Origin: Gemmatimonadaceae bacterium
Lineage (GTDB): Bacteria > Gemmatimonadota > Gemmatimonadetes > Gemmatimonadales > Gemmatimonadaceae
Direction of reading: 5' to 3'
DNA length: 64,000 nucleotides
NCBI GenBank assembly: GCA_051859245.1
Contig: JBHYGA010000004.1
Location: forward strand, 576,001 to 640,000
Shown piece by piece: positions 54,577-64,000 of this stretch. The position numbers and the translations under genes are program-made. Numbering within the stretch: the stretch's first letter is position 1; each line of letters starts with the position of its first letter. The notes beneath the pieces are model-generated. The model searched no databases and was not told the DNA's origin. It saw only the letters and a list, made by a program, of their open reading frames with translations.

Positions 54577-56160
54577 ATGCGACTGTTCACTGCCGCGGTA
54601 TTGCTGCTCGTGCTTGGCCTCCCGTCCGCGCTACGGGGTCAGGGCGCGCCGTCGTTTGATGTACTTATCATCGATGGTCTGGTGCTTGACGGCACCGGAT
54701 CACCAGGTCAACGCGTGGACCTGGGAATCCGCGGCGATCGCATTGTGGCGATGGCGGCTTCACTTCCACGAGGCAACGCGAAGCGTGTGATCAATGCGTC
54801 AGGGCGGGTGGTGTCGCCCGGATTTGTGGATCTGCACGCGCATCTCGAGCCCCTGCTGCAGCTCCCGCTCATGGAGAGTGCGATGCGGCAAGGGGTGACG
54901 TTCGCGCTGGGCGGTCCGGATGGTGGTTCACCGTTGCCGCTCGCACCGTACATGGATTCGGTGCGCACGACGGGTGTTGGCATCAACGTGGGCTATCAGG
55001 TTGGGCACAATGACGTGCGTCGCACTGTCATGGGCATGGAGGCGCGGGCGCCAACAGCGACTGAACTGGCGCGCATGAAGCAACTCGTTGCCGAGGCGAT
55101 GGGCAGTGGTGCGTTTGGATTGAGCACTGGGCTGCTCTATCTTCCGGGTACCTACTCCAACGTGGACGAAGTGGTGGCTCTTGCGCAGGTCGCGAGCGAC
55201 AGCGGCGGTATCTACACGTCGCACCTGCGCAAAGAAGGGATCGGTTTGCTTGATGGTGTTGCCGAAGCACTCGAGATCGGTCGCCGTGCGCGCATTCCGG
55301 TGGTGCTCACACATCACAAGGCCGTAGGTCAGAAGATGTGGGGGCAGAGCACCATCACGCTCGCGATGGTTGACAGCGCGCGTCGTGCGGGCACCGATGT
55401 GATGATCGATCAGTATCCCTATACCGCCACGCACACGGGCATTGGTGTACTGGTGCCGAGTTGGGCGATGGCCGGTGGCAACGGTGAGTTTCGCAACCGC
55501 GTTGCCATACCCGCAGTGAAAGACAGCATTCTGCGCGGCATTGTCGACAACATCCTGAACGATCGCGGCGGTGGGGACCTGTCGCGCGTGCAGTTTTCAC
55601 GCGTGGCGTGGGACAAGACCCTGGAGGGGAAAACACTGCGGGACTGGGCCGACCGCCGCGGGCTTGCTCCAACGCCAGAGAACGGAGCCGCACTCGTACT
55701 CGAAGCAATGCTGAACGGCGGAGGCAACGCGATTTACCATGTGCTCGACGAACAGGATGTGCGTCGCATCATGGCGCATCCGTTCACGATGATCGCGAGC
55801 GACGGCCGACTCTCGCAGCCGGGCGACGGGCATCCGCATCCACGTGCGTACGGCACGTTTCCGCGTGTGCTTGGTGAGTATGTACGCAATCAAAACGTGC
55901 TCTCGCTCCCAGTGGCCGTACACAAAATGACACTGATGCCTGCGACGCGGCTGGGACTTGAAGATCGCGGTGTGTTGCGCGTTGGCGCCTTCGCTGATGT
56001 AGTGATCTTTGACGAGAATACGGTGAAGGATGAAAGCACCTTTACCGCGCCACATCAGTATCCAACGGGTGTTGAAACGGTGTTGGTCAATGGCGTGATT
56101 GCCGTGGACGGAGGAAAGCCGACCGGTGTTCGCGCAGGGCGGGTGGTCACTCGGCCGTAG
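54577..56160 (+). CDS. D-aminoacylase (N-acyl-D-amino-acid deacylase, amidohydrolase family)
   Basis: 'PGFVDLHAH', 'GLSTGLLY.PG', 'DQYPY', 'HPHPRAYGTFPRVLG'. Confidence 0.88.
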   Translation: MRLFTAAVLLLVLGLPSALRGQGAPSFDVLIIDGLVLDGTGSPGQRVDLGIRGDRIVAMAASLPRGNAKRVINASGRVVSPGFVDLHAHLEPLLQLPLMESAMRQGVTFALGGPDGGSPLPLAPYMDSVRTTGVGINVGYQVGHNDVRRTVMGMEARAPTATELARMKQLVAEAMGSGAFGLSTGLLYLPGTYSNVDEVVALAQVASDSGGIYTSHLRKEGIGLLDGVAEALEIGRRARIPVVLTHHKAVGQKMWGQSTITLAMVDSARRAGTDVMIDQYPYTATHTGIGVLVPSWAMAGGNGEFRNRVAIPAVKDSILRGIVDNILNDRGGGDLSRVQFSRVAWDKTLEGKTLRDWADRRGLAPTPENGAALVLEAMLNGGGNAIYHVLDEQDVRRIMAHPFTMIASDGRLSQPGDGHPHPRAYGTFPRVLGEYVRNQNVLSLPVAVHKMTLMPATRLGLEDRGVLRVGAFADVVIFDENTVKDESTFTAPHQYPTGVETVLVNGVIAVDGGKPTGVRAGRVVTRP

Positions 56161-56175
56161 TGCGTATGCAACAAA

Positions 56176-56212
56176 CAAAGGGCCGAATCACCCGCGGTGA
56201 TTCGGCCCTTTG
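56176..56212. terminator. Bidirectional intrinsic terminator
   Basis: CAAAGGGCCGAATCACC-CGC-GGTGATTCGGCCCTTTG perfect 17-bp stem between convergent genes. Confidence 0.8.
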
Positions 56213-56237
56213 CGTTCTCCAACCGTCGCGTTCTTTA

Positions 56238-57650
56238 TCAGCTGCCTGTAAATCCAAAACGACGCCCCAGTTCTCCGAGATTGCCGAAGCGCTGATTGAC
56301 GATCGTATTGTAGATCGATCCAAACGTGTAACCAATGCCCACGTTCATGTTGTAGCGGAAGTTTGTTTGCAGCTGCTGGCGCTGCGTGAGAATGTCGCGC
56401 TCTGACTGCGCGGCCGCCGCGATATAAATCTGATCACGAACACGCGACGCTGAACCACGCACGTTGAGTGAAAAGCCGCGACCAAGACGCAGGTCCATAA
56501 ACCCGGACACCGTAACGTGGTTGCGTTCCGGATCATGCAGGTAGTGCGACCCTTCAAGCGACACAGTTGTGTTGCCCCACTTCTGACGTTGTGTCAGTGC
56601 GAGCAGCAGCGTCTGATTGAATCGCGTCTCCTCATCTTCGCCGAACACCGTGGTTGAGTAATACCGGTAGTAGTTCGGGCCCACGTAGTACAGCGCGGTC
56701 AGCTGGCGACTGGTAGCTTCGGTCCACGGGAAATAGTTGTACTCAATCGCGGGCGAGATGCGAACCGAGGCTTTCTGGTTGAGTACTTCGCTGAATCCGG
56801 CGGAGATCTTTACGCCGGTGGTCCAGTGTGCGTTCAACGTGCGACCAATGAGTGCGTTGGTATTCGCAGCCCGCTGCAGCACGATCACGGAAACCGTGTC
56901 TCGCTTGGTTGGATCCGTCGGGTTTGTCTGAAAGATGCTGAAGTCGCGTTCGTTGTAGCTTCCGGTGGCGCCGAGATTGATCTTCCACTTGTCGGTCGTA
57001 CGCGCTGCGGACAGTGTGCTGGAGAGATTCGTATTCTTCACCAGCTGTTCGCCGGATGCCGACATGTTGGCGTCCACGCGATAGATCCAAAGATTCCAGC
57101 GGTCCTTGATGTTGCGCGGATTCATGGCTGGCGCAGTCACGCCATTCGCGAGCGTGAGCCGCATGCGCGACGCGATTGGCGTGCGCGCGACAAATGGGGC
57201 AAGGCCAAGCTGGAATGTGCGCAGCAATTCGCGACGCACCCGGTCATCAGCATCATTGGGCAAGGTGCTCACGATCAGCGTGTCAACTTTTCCGGCGTAG
57301 GCTTTCTGGCCCAGAAAGTTCACCGTGATCTGCCGACCGCCATTACCGGCGTTCAGCGTGGTCAGCAACAAGTGCACATCGCTGTCCAGGCGATCACGCA
57401 CCCAGTTCACGAACCCCATCTCCTGCACGAAAAAGTTGCGGTCGCAGCCTCGCACACCGCCCTGACAGTCAAGAAACACACGCAGTGAGCTCTGGAGCAC
57501 ACTGTCGGCCAGTACTTCGCGGGTCGATCCCGCCTCTCCCGTCGCCGCGCGGGCAGGTGCGGCATTGCCAGTTGGCGGCACGGGCGGCTGAGCCAACATT
57601 GGCGCCGACATCGTCGCGAGCGCCCCAAGCAAGACAAAAAGAAAACGCAT
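56238..57650 (-). CDS. Putative outer-membrane beta-barrel protein with N-terminal periplasmic domain
   Basis: Signal peptide; 'VFLDC...CD'; alternating beta-strand pattern; 'IGYTFGSIYNTIVNQRF'. Confidence 0.6.
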   Translation of the reverse strand: MRFLFVLLGALATMSAPMLAQPPVPPTGNAAPARAATGEAGSTREVLADSVLQSSLRVFLDCQGGVRGCDRNFFVQEMGFVNWVRDRLDSDVHLLLTTLNAGNGGRQITVNFLGQKAYAGKVDTLIVSTLPNDADDRVRRELLRTFQLGLAPFVARTPIASRMRLTLANGVTAPAMNPRNIKDRWNLWIYRVDANMSASGEQLVKNTNLSSTLSAARTTDKWKINLGATGSYNERDFSIFQTNPTDPTKRDTVSVIVLQRAANTNALIGRTLNAHWTTGVKISAGFSEVLNQKASVRISPAIEYNYFPWTEATSRQLTALYYVGPNYYRYYSTTVFGEDEETRFNQTLLLALTQRQKWGNTTVSLEGSHYLHDPERNHVTVSGFMDLRLGRGFSLNVRGSASRVRDQIYIAAAAQSERDILTQRQQLQTNFRYNMNVGIGYTFGSIYNTIVNQRFGNLGELGRRFGFTGS

Positions 57651-57684
57651 GAAAAAAGCGAGGAATCGAGTATGTGATGGCGGC

Positions 57685-57725
57685 AAAAAACCGCGGGGCG
57701 AGACACATTCGGTCTCGCCCCGCGG
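57685..57725 (-). terminator. Intrinsic terminator downstream of the fumarase-M14 unit
   Basis: Minus strand CCGCGGGGCGAGAC-N7-GTCTCGCCCCGCGG-TTTTTT. Confidence 0.8.
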
Positions 57726-57806
57726 CACATACGCAAAAGCCCGACTTTTCGTTCATGCCACCTTCACCGTAAGCGGTCGCGGCTGGCGATGACCGCCACA
57801 ATTCGC

Positions 57807-60458
57807 CTAAAATGACCCGCCCAGCAGCACAGCGTTGGCGAACAGGGGCAGTGACCCGCGGAGCTGGTCACGGTACACAGGATCGTGTGCGAAGACGATC
57901 ACGCGCCCGCGTCCGACACTCTCGGTCCAGAGGTAGGGCGAGCCTGCGATCCGGGCTGCCGACTCCGGCCAGAAGTAACCGGATAGCCGGACACGCGACG
58001 CCGGCGCAAACCGGATCACGGCCTCGCCGGCCGACAGATCGCGCGGTACGGTCAGCACCAGTGACCCGTTCGCCCACACCGGAATTTCCCGCTGCGTGAT
58101 ACCCGCGAGCAGCGGCGAGAGCGTGTCGATGGTAGCCCGGGCAATGACGCCGGGCAGCCCGCCGGGTAGCGGCGCTCCGCCGGCGCTGTCGGCGCGTGCG
58201 GAGTCCCGACGTACGCGGGTTCGCACCAGCCCGACGCGCTCCTGGGCCACCCACGAACTCGCACCATCGATCGTGATCAGCACGCCACCGTTGCGCACCC
58301 AGTCGGTCAGCCGAGCGCGTCCAGCGTCACCAAGGATTCGCTCCAATGCGGCACCCGCTACAGACGGCATGATCAGCGTATTGAACTGACTCATGTCGCC
58401 GGACGCGACAAAACTCGCGTCAATCAGTGCACTGGGATACCCGATGCGTTGATCCATCGCGTACCAGCTGAAGCCAAACGACGTGCCGTTGACCGGCGCT
58501 CCGCCGAGCAGCGCCACGCGAGGTGTTCGTATCGGGATCACTGAGTTGCTGCCAAGATCGGTGCCCGCCGAAACACCCGCCGACGACACCACCGATACAT
58601 CCGCGCCGAATGCGGTGGCGTGCTGTGACACCAGCCTGTGCACATCGCTTCGGTTTGCTGCCACACGCACAACAAACGCGCCGTTCGCAAACGTCTTGCC
58701 GTTGGCCGTAAACGATTTGGGCGCGTACCACACACGTACCGAATCGCGAAGCAGGCTGGCAAGTAAACGAATTGACGCTTCACTGCCGGGCGTGAATGCG
58801 TAGGCGTAAGTCGCGACCGGCAGGGCGGCTGCGGCAGTGCGCTTAACTGGCTCAATCGGCTGCAATCCGCCGGGCAGCACGGGTGACGTCCACGCGTCTA
58901 CGCGCCACACCATGGGCAGCGACCACGCGGTCATGTCATAAAAGCGATTGCGCTGTCCGGTTCGGCGCAGTTCAAGCTCAAATGCAATGAACGCCGAGTC
59001 GAGCGCGGCATCTGGCTCAAGCAACGCCTTCGCGAGGTGTCCTTGCGGCTGCGCAAGATCGACCACGTACGATCCGGCAGGCACGCGCGTGGAACCGGTG
59101 ACACCGGTTGAGTACGAGGTGGCGTTTGAAACTGTGGCATCGGTGGTGAGTCGCTGCACATCAATGCCGTTGTTGCGCAACTTCTGCGCGAGTGAATCGG
59201 CGCGCCCCTGTTCGTCGCGCGCAAACATGACCACACGCATGGGTGAACGTGCGTGCACGGCAATCGCGTTGGCGCGTGCCGCCGCGTAGTCACCGACCAG
59301 TTCAGTTCGCCGTTTCGCCGATGTTTTGACCGTCGCCCACTCGGCGGAGTAATGCTCCCACGCCGCCTGGTGCAACGTGCGAACCGTGCCGTCACTGCGC
59401 CGTACCGCACCGCCAGCACTCGACGACGATTCGAACAACATGCCGATCGCGCCGGTCAGCATCGGCCACCCTTCGCCGTAGCCCGGATAGAATGAGTCGT
59501 AACCTTCACGCCGGAAATACGACCAGCCGCGCACATCGAACGCCGCGCCATGCGCTTCCGCGAAAATGTCGAACCACTTGGGCAGATGCTTGGGATTGTT
59601 CTGATTGTCCGGCTCTCGCGGCGGCGCAAAGTAGAACGTGGAGCTTGAGCCCATCTCATGCAGATCCACGGCAACATGTGGCCACCACGACAGGAACTGC
59701 TGCGCGCGACCGCGCGTCTCCGGATGCGACTGTGCGTACCAGTCGCGATTCAGGTCAAAGTAGTAATGCGACGTGCGCGGGCCGGGCCACGAGCCGGCGT
59801 TGTTTAGTGCGCTCGGGTCGGTCGATCCACCCATGGGGCTGAACGAACGCTCCAGATCATGCGTGAAACGCTCGCGTCCGTCAGGGTTCTGGTTGGGATC
59901 AATCAGCACCACTGTTGAGTCGAGCGCCGTTCGTGTATCGGCGTCGGTACCAGCGGCGAGCTGATACAACAGAGCGAGCCCCGCTTCCACGCCAGATGCT
60001 TCACCGCCGTGCACCGAATGCGCGAGCCACACAATACTCGGGCTGCGCTGCACCGCCGCGTTTACGTCTGCCGCAGCCACACCACGCGGATCGGCGAGAC
60101 GTCGTGCGTCGGCGCGAATCGCGTCGAGGCGCGCCATGTTGGCTTCGCTTGAGACCGTAATCAGCAGCAGTTCACGTCCTTCAAACGATCGGCTTACCGT
60201 GTCGACCTTCACGCGACGTGACGTTGCCGCCACCCGCTCGATGTAGCGCATCATGCTACGATGCGTGGTGAAGCGACTGCCAAGCTCGTAGCCGAGCACG
60301 GACTGTGGGGTCGGCACAGCCGCATTGTAGGTCGCGCCGTCGTGCGAGAACGCGTGCTGGGCCTGTGCGACGTTGGAAATACTCCCAAACATGCATGCCG
60401 CAAAGGCTGCGGACGCACGACGGAGCACTTTGCGTGTGTGTTTGCGCGACGTACTCAT
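57807..60458 (-). CDS. M14 zinc carboxypeptidase family protein with C-terminal GATase-like domain
   Basis: 'HSVHGGE' HxxE, 'NPDGRER', 'DLNRDW', 'DLHEM'; signal peptide; ATGA overlap with fumarase. Confidence 0.88.
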   Translation of the reverse strand: MSTSRKHTRKVLRRASAAFAACMFGSISNVAQAQHAFSHDGATYNAAVPTPQSVLGYELGSRFTTHRSMMRYIERVAATSRRVKVDTVSRSFEGRELLLITVSSEANMARLDAIRADARRLADPRGVAAADVNAAVQRSPSIVWLAHSVHGGEASGVEAGLALLYQLAAGTDADTRTALDSTVVLIDPNQNPDGRERFTHDLERSFSPMGGSTDPSALNNAGSWPGPRTSHYYFDLNRDWYAQSHPETRGRAQQFLSWWPHVAVDLHEMGSSSTFYFAPPREPDNQNNPKHLPKWFDIFAEAHGAAFDVRGWSYFRREGYDSFYPGYGEGWPMLTGAIGMLFESSSSAGGAVRRSDGTVRTLHQAAWEHYSAEWATVKTSAKRRTELVGDYAAARANAIAVHARSPMRVVMFARDEQGRADSLAQKLRNNGIDVQRLTTDATVSNATSYSTGVTGSTRVPAGSYVVDLAQPQGHLAKALLEPDAALDSAFIAFELELRRTGQRNRFYDMTAWSLPMVWRVDAWTSPVLPGGLQPIEPVKRTAAAALPVATYAYAFTPGSEASIRLLASLLRDSVRVWYAPKSFTANGKTFANGAFVVRVAANRSDVHRLVSQHATAFGADVSVVSSAGVSAGTDLGSNSVIPIRTPRVALLGGAPVNGTSFGFSWYAMDQRIGYPSALIDASFVASGDMSQFNTLIMPSVAGAALERILGDAGRARLTDWVRNGGVLITIDGASSWVAQERVGLVRTRVRRDSARADSAGGAPLPGGLPGVIARATIDTLSPLLAGITQREIPVWANGSLVLTVPRDLSAGEAVIRFAPASRVRLSGYFWPESAARIAGSPYLWTESVGRGRVIVFAHDPVYRDQLRGSLPLFANAVLLGGSF

Positions 60459-61975
60459 GCGAGCACCGGCAACTGCCGAATTCTTGCCTGCCATTCACGC
60501 GGCCCGGTTTCGTGCACGTTGTTGCCACTCGCATCGACCGCCACCGTCACCGGCATGTCGTGCACATCGAACTCGTAAATCGCTTCCATGCCGAGATCCT
60601 CAAACGCGACAACGCGTGAAGCGCGAATCGCTTTGGACACGAGATACGCCGCGCCACCAACCGCCATCAGGTAGGCTGCCTTGTGTTTCCGAATGGCGTC
60701 GACACCCGTGGGACCACGCTCCGCTTTGCCGATCATCGCGATCAATCCCGTTTTCGCGAGCATCATTTCGGTGAATCCATCCATGCGTGTGGCGGTGGTT
60801 GGGCCCGCCGGGCCCACCGCTTCGTCGCGCACGGGATCCACGGGGCCCACGTAGTAAATCACACGATTGGTGAAGTCCACGGAATCGGGCAGCGGCTGCC
60901 CCTTCGCAAACAAATCCGCGATGCGTTTGTGTGCCGCGTCGCGACCGGTGAGCAACTTACCGTTGAGCAGCAATCGATCGCCGGCGTTCCACGTGGCGAC
61001 AATTTCCGGCGTGAGCGTATCAAGATCCACGTGTTTGGCGTTCACATCGGGACGCCACGTGACCGCGGGCCAATCGGACAAACTCGGGATCGGCAGCTGC
61101 GCTGCACCGGATCCATCGAGTGTGAAGTGCGCGTGCCGCGTGGCCGCGCAATTCGGGATCATGGCGATCGGCTTTGATGCCGCGTGCGTAGGGAAATCAA
61201 AGATTTTGACGTCGAGCACTGTCGACAGACCACCGAGTCCCTGCGCGCCAATGCCGAGGGCGTTGATCTTGTCGCACAGTTCAATGCGCAACTCTTCAAT
61301 CTTGTTTTGCGGACCGCGCTCTTTGAGTTGCGCCATGTCGATGTGTTCCATGAGCGACTCTTTCGCCATCACCATCGCTTTCTCTGCGGTTCCACCAATG
61401 CCAATGCCGAGCATGCCAGGCGGACACCAGCCCGCACCCATGAGCGGCACCGTTTTCATGACCCAGTCCACGATGTTGTCACCGGGATTGAGCATGGCAA
61501 ACTTGGACTTGTTCTCGGAGCCACCACCTTTGGCGGCGAGCTTCACCTCAACGGTGTTGCCGGGCACGATCTCGTAATGCACCACGGCCGGCGTATTATC
61601 GCGCGTGTTCTTGCGTGTGAAGGCGGGATCGGCGACAATCGATGCGCGCAGCACGTTCTCGGGGAGCGAATACGCACGTCGCACCCCTTCATTCACCATT
61701 TCCTGCACGGAAAGCGTCGCGTCCCAGCGCACATCCATTCCGACTTTCAGAAACACCACAACAATTCCGGTGTCTTGGCAGATCGGTCGATGGCCTTCGG
61801 CGCACATGCGCGAGTTGGTGAGGATTTGTGCGATCGCGTCTTTCGCCGCCGGGCTCTGCTCGCGTTCGTACGCATCTGCCAGCGCGTGGATGTAGTCCAG
61901 CGGGTGGTAGTACGAGATGTGCTGGAGGGCGTCGGCGATCGACTGAATGAAGTCGGATTGTTTGATGGTGGTCAT
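60455..61975 (-). CDS. fumA: Class I (Fe-S) fumarate hydratase
   Basis: 'PICQDTG', 'KGGGSENKS', 'GAGWCPPG', 'GRDAAH', 'GPTTATRM', 'GMEAI'. Confidence 0.93.
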   Translation of the reverse strand: MTTIKQSDFIQSIADALQHISYYHPLDYIHALADAYEREQSPAAKDAIAQILTNSRMCAEGHRPICQDTGIVVVFLKVGMDVRWDATLSVQEMVNEGVRRAYSLPENVLRASIVADPAFTRKNTRDNTPAVVHYEIVPGNTVEVKLAAKGGGSENKSKFAMLNPGDNIVDWVMKTVPLMGAGWCPPGMLGIGIGGTAEKAMVMAKESLMEHIDMAQLKERGPQNKIEELRIELCDKINALGIGAQGLGGLSTVLDVKIFDFPTHAASKPIAMIPNCAATRHAHFTLDGSGAAQLPIPSLSDWPAVTWRPDVNAKHVDLDTLTPEIVATWNAGDRLLLNGKLLTGRDAAHKRIADLFAKGQPLPDSVDFTNRVIYYVGPVDPVRDEAVGPAGPTTATRMDGFTEMMLAKTGLIAMIGKAERGPTGVDAIRKHKAAYLMAVGGAAYLVSKAIRASRVVAFEDLGMEAIYEFDVHDMPVTVAVDASGNNVHETGPREWQARIRQLPVLA

Positions 61976-61997
61976 AGCCCAAAATATCGGCGGTGAC

Positions 61998-62157
61998 GTG
62001 GGATCCGACCAGACGTTCGTTGATTTTGTGTGCGAGCAGGCCGGGCTCGGCGACACGCTTTCGGCCCGCAAGATGTTCGGCGAGTACGCGCTTGCTCCGC
62101 GCGACGTCGGCCGCATTGCCGACGCCGAAGCCCAAGCCGAAACAGAAACTCAAATAG
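61998..62157 (+). pseudogene. TfoX/Sxy N-terminal-domain gene remnant with out-of-frame internal deletion
   Basis: GTG-GSDQTFVDFVCEQAGLGDTLSARKMFGEYAL, then in the +1 frame LLRATSAALPTPKPKPKQKLK-stop. Confidence 0.7.
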
Positions 62158-63196
62158 TCGACGAGTCGATCACAAACCGGTACTTCACCTGGCTCTTGAG
62201 CATGCGGTCCCAGGCGGTATTCACGTCTTTCATGGCGATGAGCTCGATGTCCGCACCCAGTTTGTGTTCGGCGCAGAAATCCAGCATTTCCTGCGTTTCC
62301 TTGATGCCACCAATGAGTGAGCCCGCCAGGCTGCGTCGACGCATGATCAACGAGAACGCGTGATGTGCCGGATGTGGTGTTTCAGGGGCGCCCACCAAGA
62401 CCATCGTACCATCACGGCGAAGCGTGTTGAAGAACGGATCAAGTTCGTGCGAGACGGCCACCGTGTTGATGATGAGATCGAGCGATCCAGCCGCGGCGGT
62501 CATTTGTGACGGATCGGTCGAGATGACTACACGCTTCGCACCAAGCCTGGTCGCATCGGCGGCCTTGCCGGGCGAGGTGCTGAACAGCGTGACGTCCGCA
62601 CCCATGGCATTGGCGAGCTTCACCGCCATGTGACCAAGACCGCCAAGGCCAACCACGCCGACGCGCATGCCTGGTGCACAATTCCAGTGGCGCAGTGGCG
62701 AGTACGTGGTAATGCCGGCGCAGAGCAACGGCGCGGTGCTGGCCAGATCAACTCCGGCTGGCATGCGCAGCACGAAGCGATGATCCACCACGATTGTATC
62801 GGAATAACCGCCGTAGGTGGGTCGACCCGTCTCTTTCTCCGTGCCCATGTACGTGCCAGTGTTACCGTTCTCGCAATAGTTCTCCAGATCAGCCGCGCAC
62901 GAAGCGCAGGTTTGACAGCTGTCAACGAGGCATCCCACGCCAACGGCGTCGCCGATGTGAAAATCGCTGACGGCACTACCGACAGACTCCACGTGACCTA
63001 CGATCTCGTGCCCCGGTACGGCAGGATACGGTATCTCACCCCATTCGCTGCGGGCAAAGTGCAAGTCGGAATGACAGATCCCGCAATATTTGATCGCAAT
63101 ACGCACGTCGTGCGGTCCAACGTCACGACGTTCAAACGACCATGGGGCAAGCGGTGCATCGGCAGCGGCAGCAGCCCAGGCGCGGGCAGGAATCAT
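62150..63196 (-). CDS. Zn-dependent NADP alcohol dehydrogenase (cinnamyl-ADH/YahK-like)
   Basis: 'CGICHSD', 'PGHEIVG', structural Zn 'C..C..C.......C', 'GLGGLG', 'KYRFVID'. Confidence 0.93.
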   Translation of the reverse strand: MIPARAWAAAAADAPLAPWSFERRDVGPHDVRIAIKYCGICHSDLHFARSEWGEIPYPAVPGHEIVGHVESVGSAVSDFHIGDAVGVGCLVDSCQTCASCAADLENYCENGNTGTYMGTEKETGRPTYGGYSDTIVVDHRFVLRMPAGVDLASTAPLLCAGITTYSPLRHWNCAPGMRVGVVGLGGLGHMAVKLANAMGADVTLFSTSPGKAADATRLGAKRVVISTDPSQMTAAAGSLDLIINTVAVSHELDPFFNTLRRDGTMVLVGAPETPHPAHHAFSLIMRRRSLAGSLIGGIKETQEMLDFCAEHKLGADIELIAMKDVNTAWDRMLKSQVKYRFVIDSSTI

Positions 63197-63350
63197 TGTG
63201 TTTGACCGGAGAAGGAGTGAAGAACTGCAAGCGGCTGACAGTGCACGTTCCTTGCTCAAACCGCCAGTGGGGGTGGCACGTCATGCGGCAGATGTGACGA
63301 CATCGCGTCACTCGTTCGATTGACAGACGCGTTATGGTGCTACGCATCCT

Positions 63351-63701
63351 ATGATCACGTACTCAGCACTTCGCACGCGTTTTCTCGCCGACACGGGGTT
63401 TGGCGGTAGCGGCGCGGCTCCGGTATTGGAACGCGCCCTCGAGCGCATTGGCTGGCGATCGGTTCGCGAGCCAACACCCGAAGAACTCGCGAGTCATCTC
63501 GTGCTGTTTCTCGACGCGTGTGTGCATGAGCACCGCGATGTGCACGCGTTGGCGTACGCGATTGCGTCTGTCATGCGCGATACGGGCCCAAGCCTTGATG
63601 GCGGATTGCCACCAACGGAGGCGTATCTGCCGGCCGCAGACGAGTTATTACGTCTCTACGTGAAGAATGACTTCGAGCCCATGCAGGAGCCGTTGTTTTA
63701 G
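63351..63701 (+). CDS. Hypothetical protein
   Basis: 116-aa helical-looking ORF filling the intergenic gap; no family recognised. Confidence 0.5.
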   Translation: MITYSALRTRFLADTGFGGSGAAPVLERALERIGWRSVREPTPEELASHLVLFLDACVHEHRDVHALAYAIASVMRDTGPSLDGGLPPTEAYLPAADELLRLYVKNDFEPMQEPLF

Positions 63702-64000
63702 CCGATTGGCTGGGCAACCGGCTCCGCAATTTGTGCACAATACGTCGCGATATCGATATTCGCACCGCACACCACCACACCAACGCGAAGTCCGTTGAGT
63801 TGTGCACGCAGCGGATACATGAGCGCCGCGAGTGAGGCGGCGCCGGCCGGTTCCACCACCAGTTTCGCCGACCGAAACAACAGCCGCATGGCATCGCGAA
63901 TCTGCTCGTCGTTCACCAACACCACGTCGTCGACATACGCACGATTCAGTGCAAACGAATACGGCTCAGCGCGCGGCGCACCGAGTGAATCAGCGATGGT
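63698..64000 (-). CDS. Threonine/serine dehydratase-like PLP enzyme (C-terminal part; start outside window)
   Basis: 'TIADSL.AP', 'KLVVEPAGAA.LAAL', 'VVCGANID'. Confidence 0.85.
   Translation of the reverse strand, partial: TIADSLGAPRAEPYSFALNRAYVDDVVLVNDEQIRDAMRLLFRSAKLVVEPAGAASLAALMYPLRAQLNGLRVGVVVCGANIDIATYCAQIAEPVAQPIG

Noticed and set aside
61947..62363. 138-aa ORF as an intact TfoX protein
   Set aside because: Similarity stops after 'EYAL'; the rest is antisense to the ADH gene; treated as a pseudogene
1..64000. tRNA, rRNA, prophage, IS or integron elements
   Set aside because: No cloverleaf/T-loop signatures, transposase, integrase or terminal repeats seen by eye; tRNAscan-SE and ISEScan would confirm

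Overview
GC-rich, gene-dense chromosomal window with about 67 coding regions. The gene families, many exported lipoproteins and peptidases, and the futalosine menaquinone route suggest Gemmatimonadota (inference only). Housekeeping and metabolic genes: tkt, AlaX editing protein, hrpB, panD, thyA-folA, mqnB-mqnD, trmL, class I fumarase, Zn alcohol dehydrogenase, and a serine/alanine-glyoxylate aminotransferase plus glyoxylate reductase pair. I saw no rRNA, tRNA, CRISPR array, integrase or transposase. Most interesting: (1) a stress cluster at 3.8-11 kb, where an FeS-type photolyase is followed by a perfect 10+4+10 palindrome heading an ABM-like / lipoprotein NirK / WYL regulator / DUF1905 unit, near a Cho-like nuclease; (2) a VIT-vWA / ECF sigma / zinc-less anti-sigma operon with an ECF-like promoter and a 15-bp VNTR; (3) several apparent pseudo-enzymes (M48 without HExxH, S41 with Ser->Gly coupled to hrpB, degenerate GGDEF); (4) items the ORF track hides or mis-frames: a tfoX pseudogene made by an out-of-frame internal deletion, a 54-aa basic microprotein, two structured 5' leaders, and repeated leaderless-mRNA signatures. 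All calls come from motif reading by eye; no database search was run.
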